The notes beneath the pieces are model-generated. The model ran no database searches. It worked only from the letters and a program-made list of their open reading frames with translations, and was not told the origin of the DNA. From positions 24,016,281 through 24,080,280 of the forward strand of contig OZ316895.1 of assembly GCA_973895155.1 (NCBI GenBank): 64,000 nt of DNA. Reading direction: 5' to 3'. Every line of letters starts with the position of its first letter. Position 1 is the first letter of the stretch. This document shows positions 1 to 11,880 of the stretch, piece by piece. Both the position numbers and the translations under genes were made by a program. Origin of the DNA: Marsupella aquatica (Eukaryota; Plantae; Marchantiophyta).

Positions 1-2868
1 TGATATTAACATTTGGCATCAACGTCTGGCTCATCTTCATTGGGCTGCGGTTTCCACTCTTCTTTGACAACTTGACATTAAGATCTGCGATTCTACTCCT
101 TTTCGACCTTGTGAAGTGTGTGCCCTGGCAAAGTCTACTCGCATTATTTATAGATTTCCACATACTCGCGCTACAGTTCCATTTCAGAAAGTACATTTTG
201 ATCTATGCGGCAAGATTACCACTCCAAGCATTGGAAACAATAACTATTTTCTTGTTATTACCGATGACTTCTAATGCAACCAATGGACTACGAGTTTGAC
301 TTACAAGAATGAGGCATTGGTACTGCTTCAAAAGTTTTTTCAGATGGTTACTACTCAGTACAAATCCACCATTCTCAAAGTACATCTTGACAATGGTCTT
401 GAATTCGGTGGCAATCAGGTTCAAGAATTTTTAGAGGGCCGAGGAGTTAAATTTTCCACTCTGCTCCCTATCACCACGAGCAGGATGGCATTGTTGAACG
501 CGCCATCGGAGTCATCTCTGCTAAAGCTCGTGCAATGATACTTGAATCCTAATTTGTTTTGGCCAGAAGGAGTTCTCACTGCTATGTTTCTTGCCAATCA
601 TTCTCCTACCTCAGTTAATCCCTTATTTGAGCCCCCTGCCACTCTTCTTTCTTATACGTTAAAACTCCCTTATGATTTTCGTGCCAACCATCTCCACGTT
701 TTTGGTGCTCTTGCATATGTCCATATTCCTCCTGAGACTTGTCTTCGTGGTGCAAAATTCATTGCTAGGGCTCCGAAAGGCTACTTTGTTGGGTATGCCA
801 CAAATTTTTGTATCTAGCTCCCGCAGAATTCCTCCGTCATTCAATCTACTTATGTTCATTTTGATGAAACTGCCCGTGATTCTTCTTTTAAAATTTCTAC
901 CTCCTCTTTACCCTCTCCTTATTACATTGAGATTTTTGTTCCTTCTTTTACTCCTCAGCATACTCTTCCCAACTCTGCACCCCCTTACATCAATACACCT
1001 TCACTTGATTGATCTCTGGTTCCTATCATTCCTCCTCCACTTGGCAGTCAGCCACGTCAGGACCTACACGGTGATTTACAAGCCACTCCAGTCATCACTC
1101 ATGTTTCTTCTTGATCCAATAAGGGTATTCCTCCTGTTCATTTTCGTGATGAATCTGAGATAATTCCTCCCACATCTCAGTTGTTCCTTCATCAACACCT
1201 TCTTACAAACACTCTGCCTACTCTTCTTTATTCATATCATAGTGCCCTTTTTTCCTCGTTTCCTACGATTGTTCCTCATACTCACACTCAAGCTATGTCA
1301 CGCGCTGATGCTGCTCACTGGAAAGAAGCTGAATTACGGGAGGTCAACCAGCTTCATAAACTCAAAGTAGCTCATCTCGTCCCACTTCCAGTTGGTGCCC
1401 GTCTTCTCCCCTCTTGTTGGGTCTACTCACTTAAGCGAGATGGCCTTTATAAGGCTCATTTTGTTGTACGTGGCAATAAGCAACGGGCAGACATTGATTA
1501 TGATTCTACATTTGCCTCAGTTGTGCGGCCTGAGACTTTTCGAACCATTCTGGCATTTGTCAACATTCATAATTGGGAGGCTCATAGTTTTGATGCGGTC
1601 ACCGCTTTTATCTATGCTTTGCTCCATTCACCATCACCAATTTATGTTCGACCTCCACCAGGATACGATACGTACGATGTCAATGGCTCCCTGCTGGTAT
1701 GGTTACTCATTAAAGCTCTCTATGGTCTTCGACAATCTGCCCGAATGTGGTACCATGAGATTGTTGAATCTTCTGCTACTTTTGGTTTCATTCCACTCCC
1801 TTCCGATTCATGTGTCCTCCAGAATTCTAACGGAGAATTGATAGTCCTCTGGGTTGACGATTTGATAATTGTTTCACCATCAGTATCTGGTGTACATCAC
1901 ATTTGGGATCAACTTATCTCACGCTATGAACTTCGTGACCTCGGTCCTTTATCTGACTATTTGGGAATGACCATCACCCGCGATCAATCGCATCATACGA
2001 TCTTTGGGACAAGCGACTTATACTCTTAAAATCTTGCAACGTTTTCATATGGATTCGAGCCTACCTCTTTCTTCTCCCAGCACGGGAACTGATGATCTTG
2101 TTCCATCCACATCTCAAGCGACCAATAATGATAAGCAGCGTTATCAATCTATGATTGGCTCCTTACTCTATTTTGCGGTTTGGACTCGCCCTGATATTGC
2201 TGAACGGTGTTCTAAGCTTGGGCAATTTGCTCATAATCCGGATTCTACTCATGAAAGTGCACTACAATCTGTTTTCCGGTACATTAATACCACTTGGCAT
2301 CTCGGCCTTACTTTTGGTTTTCACGACTTCCCTGGATTAGAGGTTCATTCCCTGGGGTTTTCTGGTTTTTCTGATGCTTTGTTTGCTGACAATGTTTCGG
2401 ATCGCAAATCTACCAATGGATATCTGTATAAACTTGGTGGCAGTGCCATATCTTGGAAGTCTCGCAAACAACCTGTTACTGCTACGTCTTCCACAGAATC
2501 CGAGTATTTATCCTAATCTTTGGCTTGTAAATAAGTTGTTTGGTTGTGGCAATTACTCTTTGATTTACGATACCATATGGCTGATGCACAGCGTGTCATT
2601 CTATACGGGGACAACCAGTCGGCCATTTCTCGTACTTACAATCCGGAGCATCATTTTCGCACTAAGCACATTGGAGTTCAGTGGCATTACATTCGCGAGC
2701 AAGTCAAAGCTGGCGTGATAGAGTTGAAATATCTCTCCACAGTCCTTATGCCCGCCAAGGGTTTCACCAAGCCACTCGGGCTTAAATTCACTAGATTTGT
2801 TCAGATGTTAGCTCTACAATCATTATCTTAGTAGTAGAATTTTTTGCTTCATAAGATCTGAGGGGACT
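1..2868 (+). mobile_element. Degenerate Ty1/copia LTR retrotransposon pol region (pre-integrase, integrase, RT, RNase H); 5' part lies outside the window
   Basis: Domains are in copia order. GAG-pre-integrase WHQRLAH (~14-34), CEVCALAK zinc finger (~111-135) and integrase core KVHFDLCG...HLDNGLEF come first. RT follows with WVYSLK..YKAHFVVRGNKQ, KALYGLRQS, LWVDDL and DLGPLSDYLGM, then TRPDI, and RNase H with DRKSTNGY..ISWKSRKQ..SSTESEY, YGDNQSAI, RTKHI and A(K)GFTKPL. Multiple frameshifts and in-frame stops. A purine tract GAGGGGA at 2860-2866 just after the pol stop is a possible PPT. Confidence 0.95.
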
Positions 2869-3122
2869 GGATTCACCTCTTTTGTTGTTCTTCTGATAGT
2901 GTCACTATTGTCACACGTGGCTGGGTTTAGGTGCCTGTCCACTGATTTTTCACTTTTGACTTTTACTTTCCCCTTCCGAGTTATTCGGGGAAACTCTGAT
3001 ACTTTCTTGCATCTACTTGTACAGTTAGTGAATAAAAAGATTACACAAATTTTCATTCTATTCTTTCTCATGCAAGAGTTTTTTGTCTCAGTTCTCAATC
3101 ACAATAATGGTGAATTGGAGAC

Positions 3123-3282
3123 TCTTTCAATCCTTGTCAACCAGCAATTAATCATTGGCATCTGAGCTCTGGAATAGTCATGAACATATGTTGCTCTCTA
3201 TTCTTTCAATCCTTGTCAACAAACAATTAACCATTGGCACCTGAGCCCTGCAAATGGGGAAGGGCCACGCACATATGTTGCT
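3123..3282 (+). repeat. Imperfect tandem duplication (~80-bp unit, 2 copies)
   Basis: tctttcaatccttgtcaac..caattaa.cattggca.ctgagc.ctg occurs at 3123-3171 and 3202-3250, and each copy is followed by acatatgttgct. Confidence 0.85.
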
Positions 3283-4953
3283 GGCTCCATGCCGCCTATT
3301 GATGGTATATATCAACCAGGTCACAAATGATAAAAGTTGCACACTCACAACTCGGCCACAGTGATCTCATGACAAAACAATGACTCGCACTCAATCGCAA
3401 CATGGTCCCTGCACGACTGAAATAGTGAGACATCCACAATCACAACATGGCCACACAGAGCTGTATTAAGACAGAACATGGCCAAACTACAATGCTGCGA
3501 GGCAAAGGCCAACGGACTGCACTGGGCTAGTCCGCTCATAATGGCCCTTCTGCATCGTGACATGGCCCACTCCGCTAGAGTGCGAGACGGAGGCATTTGG
3601 CTTTGTCCGCTCATAATAGAGCTTCGCACAAATCAGCGGGGGAAAAGGAATTGAGCTACTCCGCTCGTAACAGCCATTTTAATGAGTTCACAGAAGACTT
3701 GTCTGCCTTGCTTCCAAGACAATGAACAGACGTTTGTCCACTCCTCAGGAAGGTCAGTCGTTACATTGAACAACACATGATAGCCATACTTGATTCAATT
3801 CCCCTTGGAAGACTATGCACTCAAATCCCGCTGGCAAACCGCAAATATCTTCCGTCTGGTTTGAACAAGGGTGAACCTTCATCACCGGCGGTGCCAAAAA
3901 GTGCAGAAGGTGATCGAATCGACATAGCCAGAGAGAAGATGGTAACTGAAGGCACCCAAATCCGCCACACTTGAAATGCGTTGGTCTGTAATATTTACCC
4001 AGGAAGCCTATTCGGGATAAACGTTAACGAATTGCCGAAGAGGCCGCAGAGTCTAACGGATTGCCAAAGAGGACGCATACATGAAGCCCCCGTTTATTGT
4101 AAGCTGGAATGACAGGAATTTGGATCTTGGCATCCAAACTATGCATTGGGGTCACACTCATGTCGTCGTCGAGCCCCAACCTCGTGAGCTTTTACTAGGT
4201 TGTTTACCATACACACGAAGGTGTATGTCTCTGTTTCGAAGCGACAGAGTGAGCTTGCTAGTGTCGTGAACGACTCAAACCAACAACTCCGCCACACGAA
4301 CACAGCATCCTCGAACCCCCACTTACAAGTCAGGACACAGGGAAAATTCACGTCGCAGGAAAAAACAAATGGCAACTAAATACAATCATCCATTTGAAAG
4401 AAGAAACACATTCAATCCTGGTTTTTTCTTCCGCCCCGGAAGATAAAGAAAATTGGCGCTATCTTCGAAGCAGTTCGCAAAGGTCTAAATATATACACAA
4501 GAGGCTAAATTGGAACGGCAACTTAGGGAACTACTGTACTTTTCGTTGGGTAAGATGAGAAGGGCCACGAAATACACTAGGCGGAAACTCAGCAGACGAC
4601 ATCGGCAATATAAGTCCCGGTTGGGATATGTCGTGGGCACTTGCGTACTTCACTTCAACAGGGAAAATTTCAGCCGCTGCTATTAATTCTGGGTTGGTCA
4701 AATTGACCCGATGGCAGCAACAAACCTTGATGGTAGACATAACCTCTCAATAGATAGAGAGAGATATGTAAAATGCCCACTGGAAACTACAGTTCCAAAA
4801 GGGATTTTCGGAAGAAAATTTACAATGAAGGCTGGCTTCAAATTTTCACACGTACCGCTGTTATCTATAATCACTAACGAACATTTGCCCACAGCAAACA
4901 TGACTTCGCTCATGATATCTCACCTCGATCCAGAGAGGAAGAATATACGAAAA

Positions 4954-7656
4954 TTAGTTGGCAACACATGTTACCCGCAAAACAGCTTGTGCTGTTAGGG
5001 GAGTGAGGCTGCTCATACAAAACTGCTCCCATGGGTCCGTAACTTCGCTCTGGTCATCATCATCCGTCTTCTGTGTGGGCTGAACCTGGCTACTACATTG
5101 CCTGTGTACGGCATGTAAATCAACTACGAGTTTTCGGGCGGCTTCACGTGCTTCCGGAAGTTGATCATTCAACTGGGCCGCGGCAATTTGAATGAGTGGT
5201 TCTAAGCCGTAGGTCGTTATTCCATCTACGCCCTGAATTCATTCAAGGAACCAGGTGACCTATGTCAGCAATTTCAAGTAATTGAGCAGACATTTTGCAA
5301 GTCTCTCTACTTTTGACATGACCCAAACAAAGGTGACATGAACTTCGTTAGATATTCCATTAACTTCCCTTAGAAAGACTCAGACAAAGCTGCTCGAGAA
5401 AACAGATGCAAGACTGACTGGAAATACCGACATCTAATTTCATTAACAATGAAATTAACTTCCACTCTGGAAAACTAATTCACGAGAACACATGCAAAAC
5501 TAGACGACAATGGCTCAAAACGCCTATTACTAAATTCCACAAAAAGATTAGGCACAAACCAAAACACTTCGGAAGGGGAGGGAAAAGAAAACTTACAAGT
5601 CTGGAGACGCTTTTGTAAACGCATGTCGCGGCCTTCGCACGGACTCGTGGATTACGATGCCTGGCATATGGCCGTAGTTTCTCCAACGAAGGGTTCGGAG
5701 AAATCCAGCTGGTCATTCCGACAAGAGCCCTCTCGGCTTCTTCACAAACAAATCTCTTGTCCTGCGTAGCCTTCAAAAGTAGCTGAAGCAACTGCACATG
5801 CAAACAGGACGATGTCCTGTTGTTAGTTGACCACTTTTTCAACGGCTATACCGACCTAGATAACCCGTTACCGACTATCTCGCGGGTCAAATTGGTTACC
5901 GCTCTATGGTCCCACAGTCAAATAATAGAGGCAGAGCACGCTGGAATGTCACCCGCAGTCTATGTGGTGAAGAATTTTGCGCTAGAGATTATTATCAAAG
6001 CGCCACTCTCGCCTAGCAACAGTCTCGTGTCGCTTATCAGACACTGGTATGTAGAGCCCGAGAAGAGACGGGTCCTCACACAAATGCATGAGTTCAAAGC
6101 AGGATGGCATTGAGCGAAGAAGTGATAAGGACACCAGATTTCAGGGAGGGGTTGATACTCGTGCGTCACAGTTACGGCATCTTCGGAAAAACACCCGGTA
6201 AGCTATTACCGACTTACCATACATGTGAATTTGGTTTAAAGAATCCATCATGTGTCGAGGGAACCGACTCCCATCCTCTGGGAGAGCAATTTGATGAAGA
6301 ACGTGGCTGGATGAGTTGAAATGGTGCAAGAAAACAACTACTCCATTCGGGGAATTCGGACAACCCATATTCATAGGAATCCCGCCGGCTTTACTATTGT
6401 GTTTTATACATCCCAAATAGCGGTACCTACTGACATTGCCTACAATCAGTATGAGCGATACATACACATGGAGACAAGGGTTGAAGTCCACCGAGACCAA
6501 ACTAGGCACGGCAACAAAGATTGTACAGAGACTTCCACGTCAGAAAGAGGGAAGCGGAAACTTTACCAGAGGGTCAAGGACATCAAGCATTTGATCTTGG
6601 TATGCTTTGAACAAATCCGTCGTGGCCATCAATGCGGTCTTGCAAAGTGCACTGCGTGGATTCTTCATCGCCTTTATCACTAGATTCACGACATTGTTTC
6701 TACAAAGAAACAAAGAAACGGAGATCAGAACTTGCCGCAGGAACAGGACAGACACTCTCCGTGTAGGAATCGACCAGGGAGACTAAGAGCCGAGACAAAG
6801 CTCCACCTTCTGTACTGAAGGCCATAATAACACCATCAGAGCTGATTTAGACCAAGCACTGACGACGCCAAGGTGAGGGAATCAACTTACAAGATCTCTT
6901 GCATGGATGCCGGCTCGAAAACAGCTAGTCTGCGCACATCGTTGAGAGCTTCCAAGACGATCAACCACTCCTTGGAATCCAGTCTACCAAGCAATGTCTG
7001 AATACGGAGACCAAAAGGCACATCAGTGGCAGTGGTGGGGGGGACAAGTTCAACTATCAACGGGTACATGAACATGACCGAGAAATAACATAAGACGCGC
7101 AGTTCTTCGAGTCCGCCTACAGAACACCACATTTCAGCTACATTGTAAGTTACAACAGGCCACAAGGGAAGCGGCGGATTACTTGAAAAGGGAGCACACG
7201 CGACGATCTCCAAATTTCTTACGGTAGGAGAATTTTGAAGGACGGACTGTAGTTGCGCATGGCCTATACCCGCGACTGAGAATGACACCACAATAATGGG
7301 AGAAAGGGGCATCTTACGCTCAAGTGTGCATCGGCATTCTGCAGGGGAGTCAGATCTTCAGATAAGATGTACTCGATATCTGCAGCCAACGGTTCAGCTG
7401 GAACTTCCATTTGGTGTACATTCGTATGAACCTTTTGCTGCTGCTTCGCAACGACGACTGCTGCTGGGTCTCGTTCTCTGAGAGGTCGGCAACTCTTGCT
7501 ACTCTTCATACATTCCTGGTTCTCGTCGTTAGGGCCATTAGGGCCACCACTTACGGGAACCTTCATATTGGCTTGCTGCTGTGCCTGTTTCTTCCCGACA
7601 CTCCGTCTTTCTGACGGTAGAACTGCATTCACGCTTCTGAGAGCTGTCTCGGACAT
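4954..7656 (-). CDS. TOG/CLASP-N-like HEAT(ARM)-repeat microtubule-associated protein (FAM179/TOGARAM-like plant family), 350 aa, 5 coding exons
   Basis: Exons 7656-7318, 6997-6891, 6699-6567, 5791-5597 and 5232-4954 have GT..AG introns, matching phases and total 1053 nt. Protein reads MSETALRSVN...EYILSEDLTPL, LDSKEWLIVLEALNDVRRLAVF, KAMKNPRSALCKTALM, QLLLKATQDKRFVCEEAERAL, HRNPRVRAKAA, QLNDQLPEAREAAR. From recall this resembles Arabidopsis At4g15830/At3g01450-type ARM-repeat proteins. Confidence 0.92.
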
Positions 7657-8789
7657 GAAGGGCCGTCTAATGCTTTGGTCGGGTGTCGGATGTGCGTTGC
7701 CAGTCACCGGCTGTCTGACCGTCTGCCTTCCAATCCCGGCCGGTAATAGAACGATTCGCAAGAAACTCTCCTCCGTCCGGAATGTTGAACGAAAACGAGA
7801 AACGGTGCAGTCCTAGATCTGTTCCACCACACTCCGCCTCCGTCCCCTGCTCTAGTAACCGGAATGGCAACTCTTCTACTATCCTGCTGTAGATGACAGC
7901 AAGCAGTGGCAAAGCGACGAGAGCTCGGTGCCGTAGCTTGACGAGACTAACAAGAGCTTCGAATTCGCAGAAAGAAACGGGAAACGCAACCTGCATTCAC
8001 CAATTAGTTGCGCCTGCGCAGTTTCTACAACTTCGGCTACAAAACTGAAAGGCTTGCACTCCTACGTGCGGAAACAGGCTCCAAACAATGATACACGTCT
8101 CCGTGGCACAATTCAATAGAACCGACAACATGGGCAAACTAAATTTCGAAATCCGAAACTCGTCCAGAAAAGAAAGTGCCTTCTGCATCCACAACACCGG
8201 CCACCAAGACTCAAAAAAGCGGGCCGCCCTTGATCAGCTCCAATCCCGGAAGCGACGTGCACTGTACTACAGTACCAACTAAACGAACCTCGATCCAATG
8301 TGCCTCAGTTACCACGTCACAGCCGGCACCTTCCCCTCCTGTTCCCCTCTCAATGCCCGTCCTCCTCACCTCCGACAGTCAACACAATCGATGCGATCTC
8401 TCGAACGTACCGAATAACCTCGATCTCGCCCAGTCAAGCAATGACCACCACCAACAGTAGCGCTCTGCCTCCGTTCTTTTCGATTGGACTCACTCCCCCG
8501 CCTCCTCCATATGATACAGAATCGATCCTCCTCCCATGCCTTTTCCCCGACCTCTCTCCTCTTAACCTCTTCTGGACTTCCCCTTCTTATTTTATTGCGA
8601 TCTCTCCCACTTCTTCCTCTCGTCAATCAACATTCCCTCACTCAACTCTTCTCTAGTAGTTCTCTGCCTCTCTCCTCTACAGTGATCAGCCGCTCAGCAA
8701 CAAACTCCTCGAGAAGCTCGTCAGCGATGGCGGTGCCCCACTCCTCTCCTCTCCAGTGTGTCTGTGTGTGTCAATGAAGCCAGCAATGT

Positions 8790-9176
8790 TTCCAAGGAGC
8801 CGTTCTGTCTCTCAACCTACGGGAGCAAAGCTTCCAAGGAGCCGTTCTGTCTCACTCTCACTGTGTACTCACTACCATTCTCTCCACCTGCGTGTTTTGC
8901 CGTGTAGAAGCTCTTTCAAAGACCCCGCCCTTGCGCATCAATGGAAACCAAGAGGAGAGGAGAGGAAAGGAAAGGAAGGAAAGGCAAGAGGCAACAAAGA
9001 GGCCCGCCCGCAATTACCGGGACCAGGCGGTCGGGACTCCCGGAAGGGAGCCGGTTACCGGTCACGACCCTCCCGGTAACAAAACTCCAAACGACGGTCA
9101 AAACCATGCGCGGATCCGCGGATGGGCCCCGCCTCAGCCATTTTCTTGTGTCGACAATTAGCCAATAAGCCAATTG
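8790..9176 (-). promoter_or_regulatory. Putative proximal promoter of the TOG gene with MSA-like, octamer and CCAAT motifs
   Basis: A 22-bp direct repeat ttccaaggagccgttctgtctc (8790-8811, 8832-8853) carries an AACGG core on the minus strand. Palindrome CGCGGATCCGCG at 9109-9120. Tandem GCCAAT at ~9161-9174. Confidence 0.5.
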
Positions 9177-10939
9177 CTTACCTGGGAAACACGCAGGCTA
9201 ATATTATTTAGTCTGACATTTATATTGTTTTTGTTTCATTCGCCACCACCTAATGTACTGTACGGGAACGCTAGCCAGGAAATACTCTTCAATAGTGAGA
9301 AAGTAATGTATAATTGAAAGAAAATATTAGATAATCAGACCTCTGCTTCGGTAGGTGTAAAAGAGTAACCATCTTGGCTAATGTTTAAAAACAAGAGCCT
9401 GCTAGCCTGTGGGCCCTCGTGACAGGTGCTCTTGTCCTCGTAGGGTAAGCTTCATTGGTGGGTGGTGATTGAATTTTATTATTAGAGCGAGATTGTCAAC
9501 AAGTTTCTGGCGAAAGGTTGCATCTATGAGTATTTTTATTTTGTTATTTCATTTCTCAGTGTGTGTCCTTTAGAGTTTCCACGGGATTCCTTACAACCCG
9601 CCCCCCCCCCTTGCAAGATTCCCTTCTGTTTTTGGTCAGCCCCTCAAGAAATTCAGGTCCCTTACCCTATCTTCCTGTGGGGCACACTTAATCGGTTGGC
9701 TCAATATCATTTGTCTGAAGGGTGCCAACACAATTGCATCCACTAATTTTTGGTGGCGGATAGCTACAGGATTATTGTGCTCTGGATGCTAATTTACTTT
9801 GAATAGTTTCTTGAGCATGAATTAACCGGTGTCAGCCCCAAACCAACTAGGCAGGATTTTTGGTGTGGGCATGGGTACACTAGAGTAAATTGCTTGGGAA
9901 TCACCCACCCTATTCCTGGTTGCAATGGATTGGTAATAGATATGTGGGTGCACAAGTAATCAATAACTTAAAAAAAACTAGCACCCAGCACCAGAATTTA
10001 ACCTCCCATACATGGTGGGCTGGGAAATGATACAGATAGTATAGAGAAATTGGATGCACGTAAATTTTGGGACAATATAACTTGGAAAACTTAATATGAG
10101 CCAAGGAAATGGAGCCGAAATTATATTCTAGACAATAGACCTACCCTGAATTCATGCATTTAATAGCTGTTGGTGTTTCTTTCAAAAAACTTTTTACATC
10201 TATTTGGTTGCCAAAAAAGTTTTCATGCAAATCATTCCTATGCGTCTACTTTTGTCATGTCATGTCACTTTTTGTCAAGAAAAGTCACCAGTCATGCCTG
10301 GGTAAAGGTAGTATTCCAAAACTTTTGGGACATGCACTAAATGCACTAAAGGAGTCACTACCTTTACGAGTATACATCCGGCAAAACTTTACATGAGGCA
10401 AAATGCCCAAGAAAATGGTGTCTCTGTTGAAATAATACACCTCAAACAAATGTTTTATCTAGATATCAGCCAACACAAGGGTAACCTAGCCTGAGAAAAG
10501 AATCTGGTCGGGAAAAATTAAAATGCCCCCCTCACCAAAATAGAAGCAAAGGACATAATTTCTAGGCGGTTAAAAGTCAAGTGAACCAAGTTACAACTCA
10601 CCATGCTACCACCACGGTACATCTCGACTGTCCGTTGTCAGAATCGACGAGTCAAGTAGCTTACTGTAACCGGTGGCTTAGATACTGTCAGCCAGTCGTA
10701 CTTCAGGACTTTATTACCGAGCACTCCGGGATGGTCCGTCCCGTCATTGCCGGCTTTGTTACCGTTGAACGTTCCCAAGTCTTCTCGTGTTCACGGATGA
10801 ACGGCGAACGCAATCGGGCAAGGTGTACCGTCACTCGTGGGTCCTTTCTATTTCTCGAGTAGAAGAGGGTAGTACAGTGGTCCCTCGTTAAATCCCTCTT
10901 TAAAACGGCACTAAATAAGTGCAAGCAATCCGTCGACTT

Positions 10940-11240
10940 CCAATAGGGGAAGAAAATAATTTTCCACCTTCCCTCGTTATTCGATGAGAGGAGAAATTCT
11001 AGAATTGGTCTTTCTGGGGTTTCTTTTTTCATTTTGCAGTCCGTTGGTTCCCAACACGGGAAGAAAATAATTTTGCACCTTCTCTATTTATTCGATACCA
11101 ACAAGAATTCTTGAATTTGGTCTCTGTGGGAGTTTTCCAATAGGAGAAGACAGTTTTGCACTCAATGTTTGCCTCATTATTCGATAATAGCAAGAATTCT
11201 CAGGTCTTCACGGGGTTTTTCTCAAGTTTTCTTTTGCAAT
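10940..11240 (+). repeat. Degenerate tandem repeat, three ~90-110 bp units
   Basis: Recurrent ccaa...g.gaaga...tttt(g/c)cac...ttattcgat...aattct...ggtct blocks starting ~10940, ~11052 and ~11137. Confidence 0.75.
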
Positions 11241-11789
11241 TAGGTAGGGACAAGTGTAATAAGTTGTTATACAACCCGTCTCAATTCTTCAATTCTGTAA
11301 TTGTCCAAAACATAGCAAAAGTAATGGAAACCCAAGCCAGGATAGACCAAATTTACTTACTCCTCTAGCATATCCCAAAATTAAAAATTTATTTCAATTT
11401 ACGAATATAAAATTATTACAATTGAGCTCAAATTTTGGAAAATGTGGTCCATGGGAGTTTAAACTATCAACCTTGTGATCCATGGGGACTTCAAATTCAA
11501 AATTAATCACCTTGCAAATATGTTTCTTGACGGCTCTTAATTTCTGTCCTCTCTTTACCTTCAGTGTGCCTCCCTTTCCCCTTGCGCCGCCTTGCCTAAT
11601 ATTGTCCTGTCTACCTGCCTTTTGGTTCCTTTGTGGCCCCCTATTGCTGCCTGTAGCTCTCAACCTAAAAAATATATTTCTGGAAAGCATAACCCTAACT
11701 AGAACCAACTTTGTATTGAGCAAAGAATCTACCTCAAAATGAACCTGCCTGCAGTCATTCTTAAGGTTGTTACTGTTTCACCCATGTAA

Positions 11790-11880
11790 GAGAAGATGGT
11801 AAGAAGATTCCTTATTTATATTTTACTAGATTAATATATGATTGTTAGATCTCCCTAGATCTAAGGTTAACTATCAGATT
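11790..11880 (+). repeat. Dispersed repeat; inverted copy at ~35235-35325
   Basis: gagaagatggtaagaagattccttatttatattttactagatt compared with the reverse complement of the 35.3-kb region, gagaagatagtaggaatattccttatgtaggtttcctagatt. Confidence 0.65.

Noticed and set aside
2869-3120. Putative 3' LTR after the copia PPT
   Set aside because: No clear TG..CA boundaries, and the 5' LTR is outside the window, so it cannot be delimited.
6218-6439. Possible 222-nt poison cassette exon in TOG intron 3 (tgtag| ... |gtaagt)
   Set aside because: Splice-like sites alone are common in a 775-nt intron, and there is no transcript evidence.
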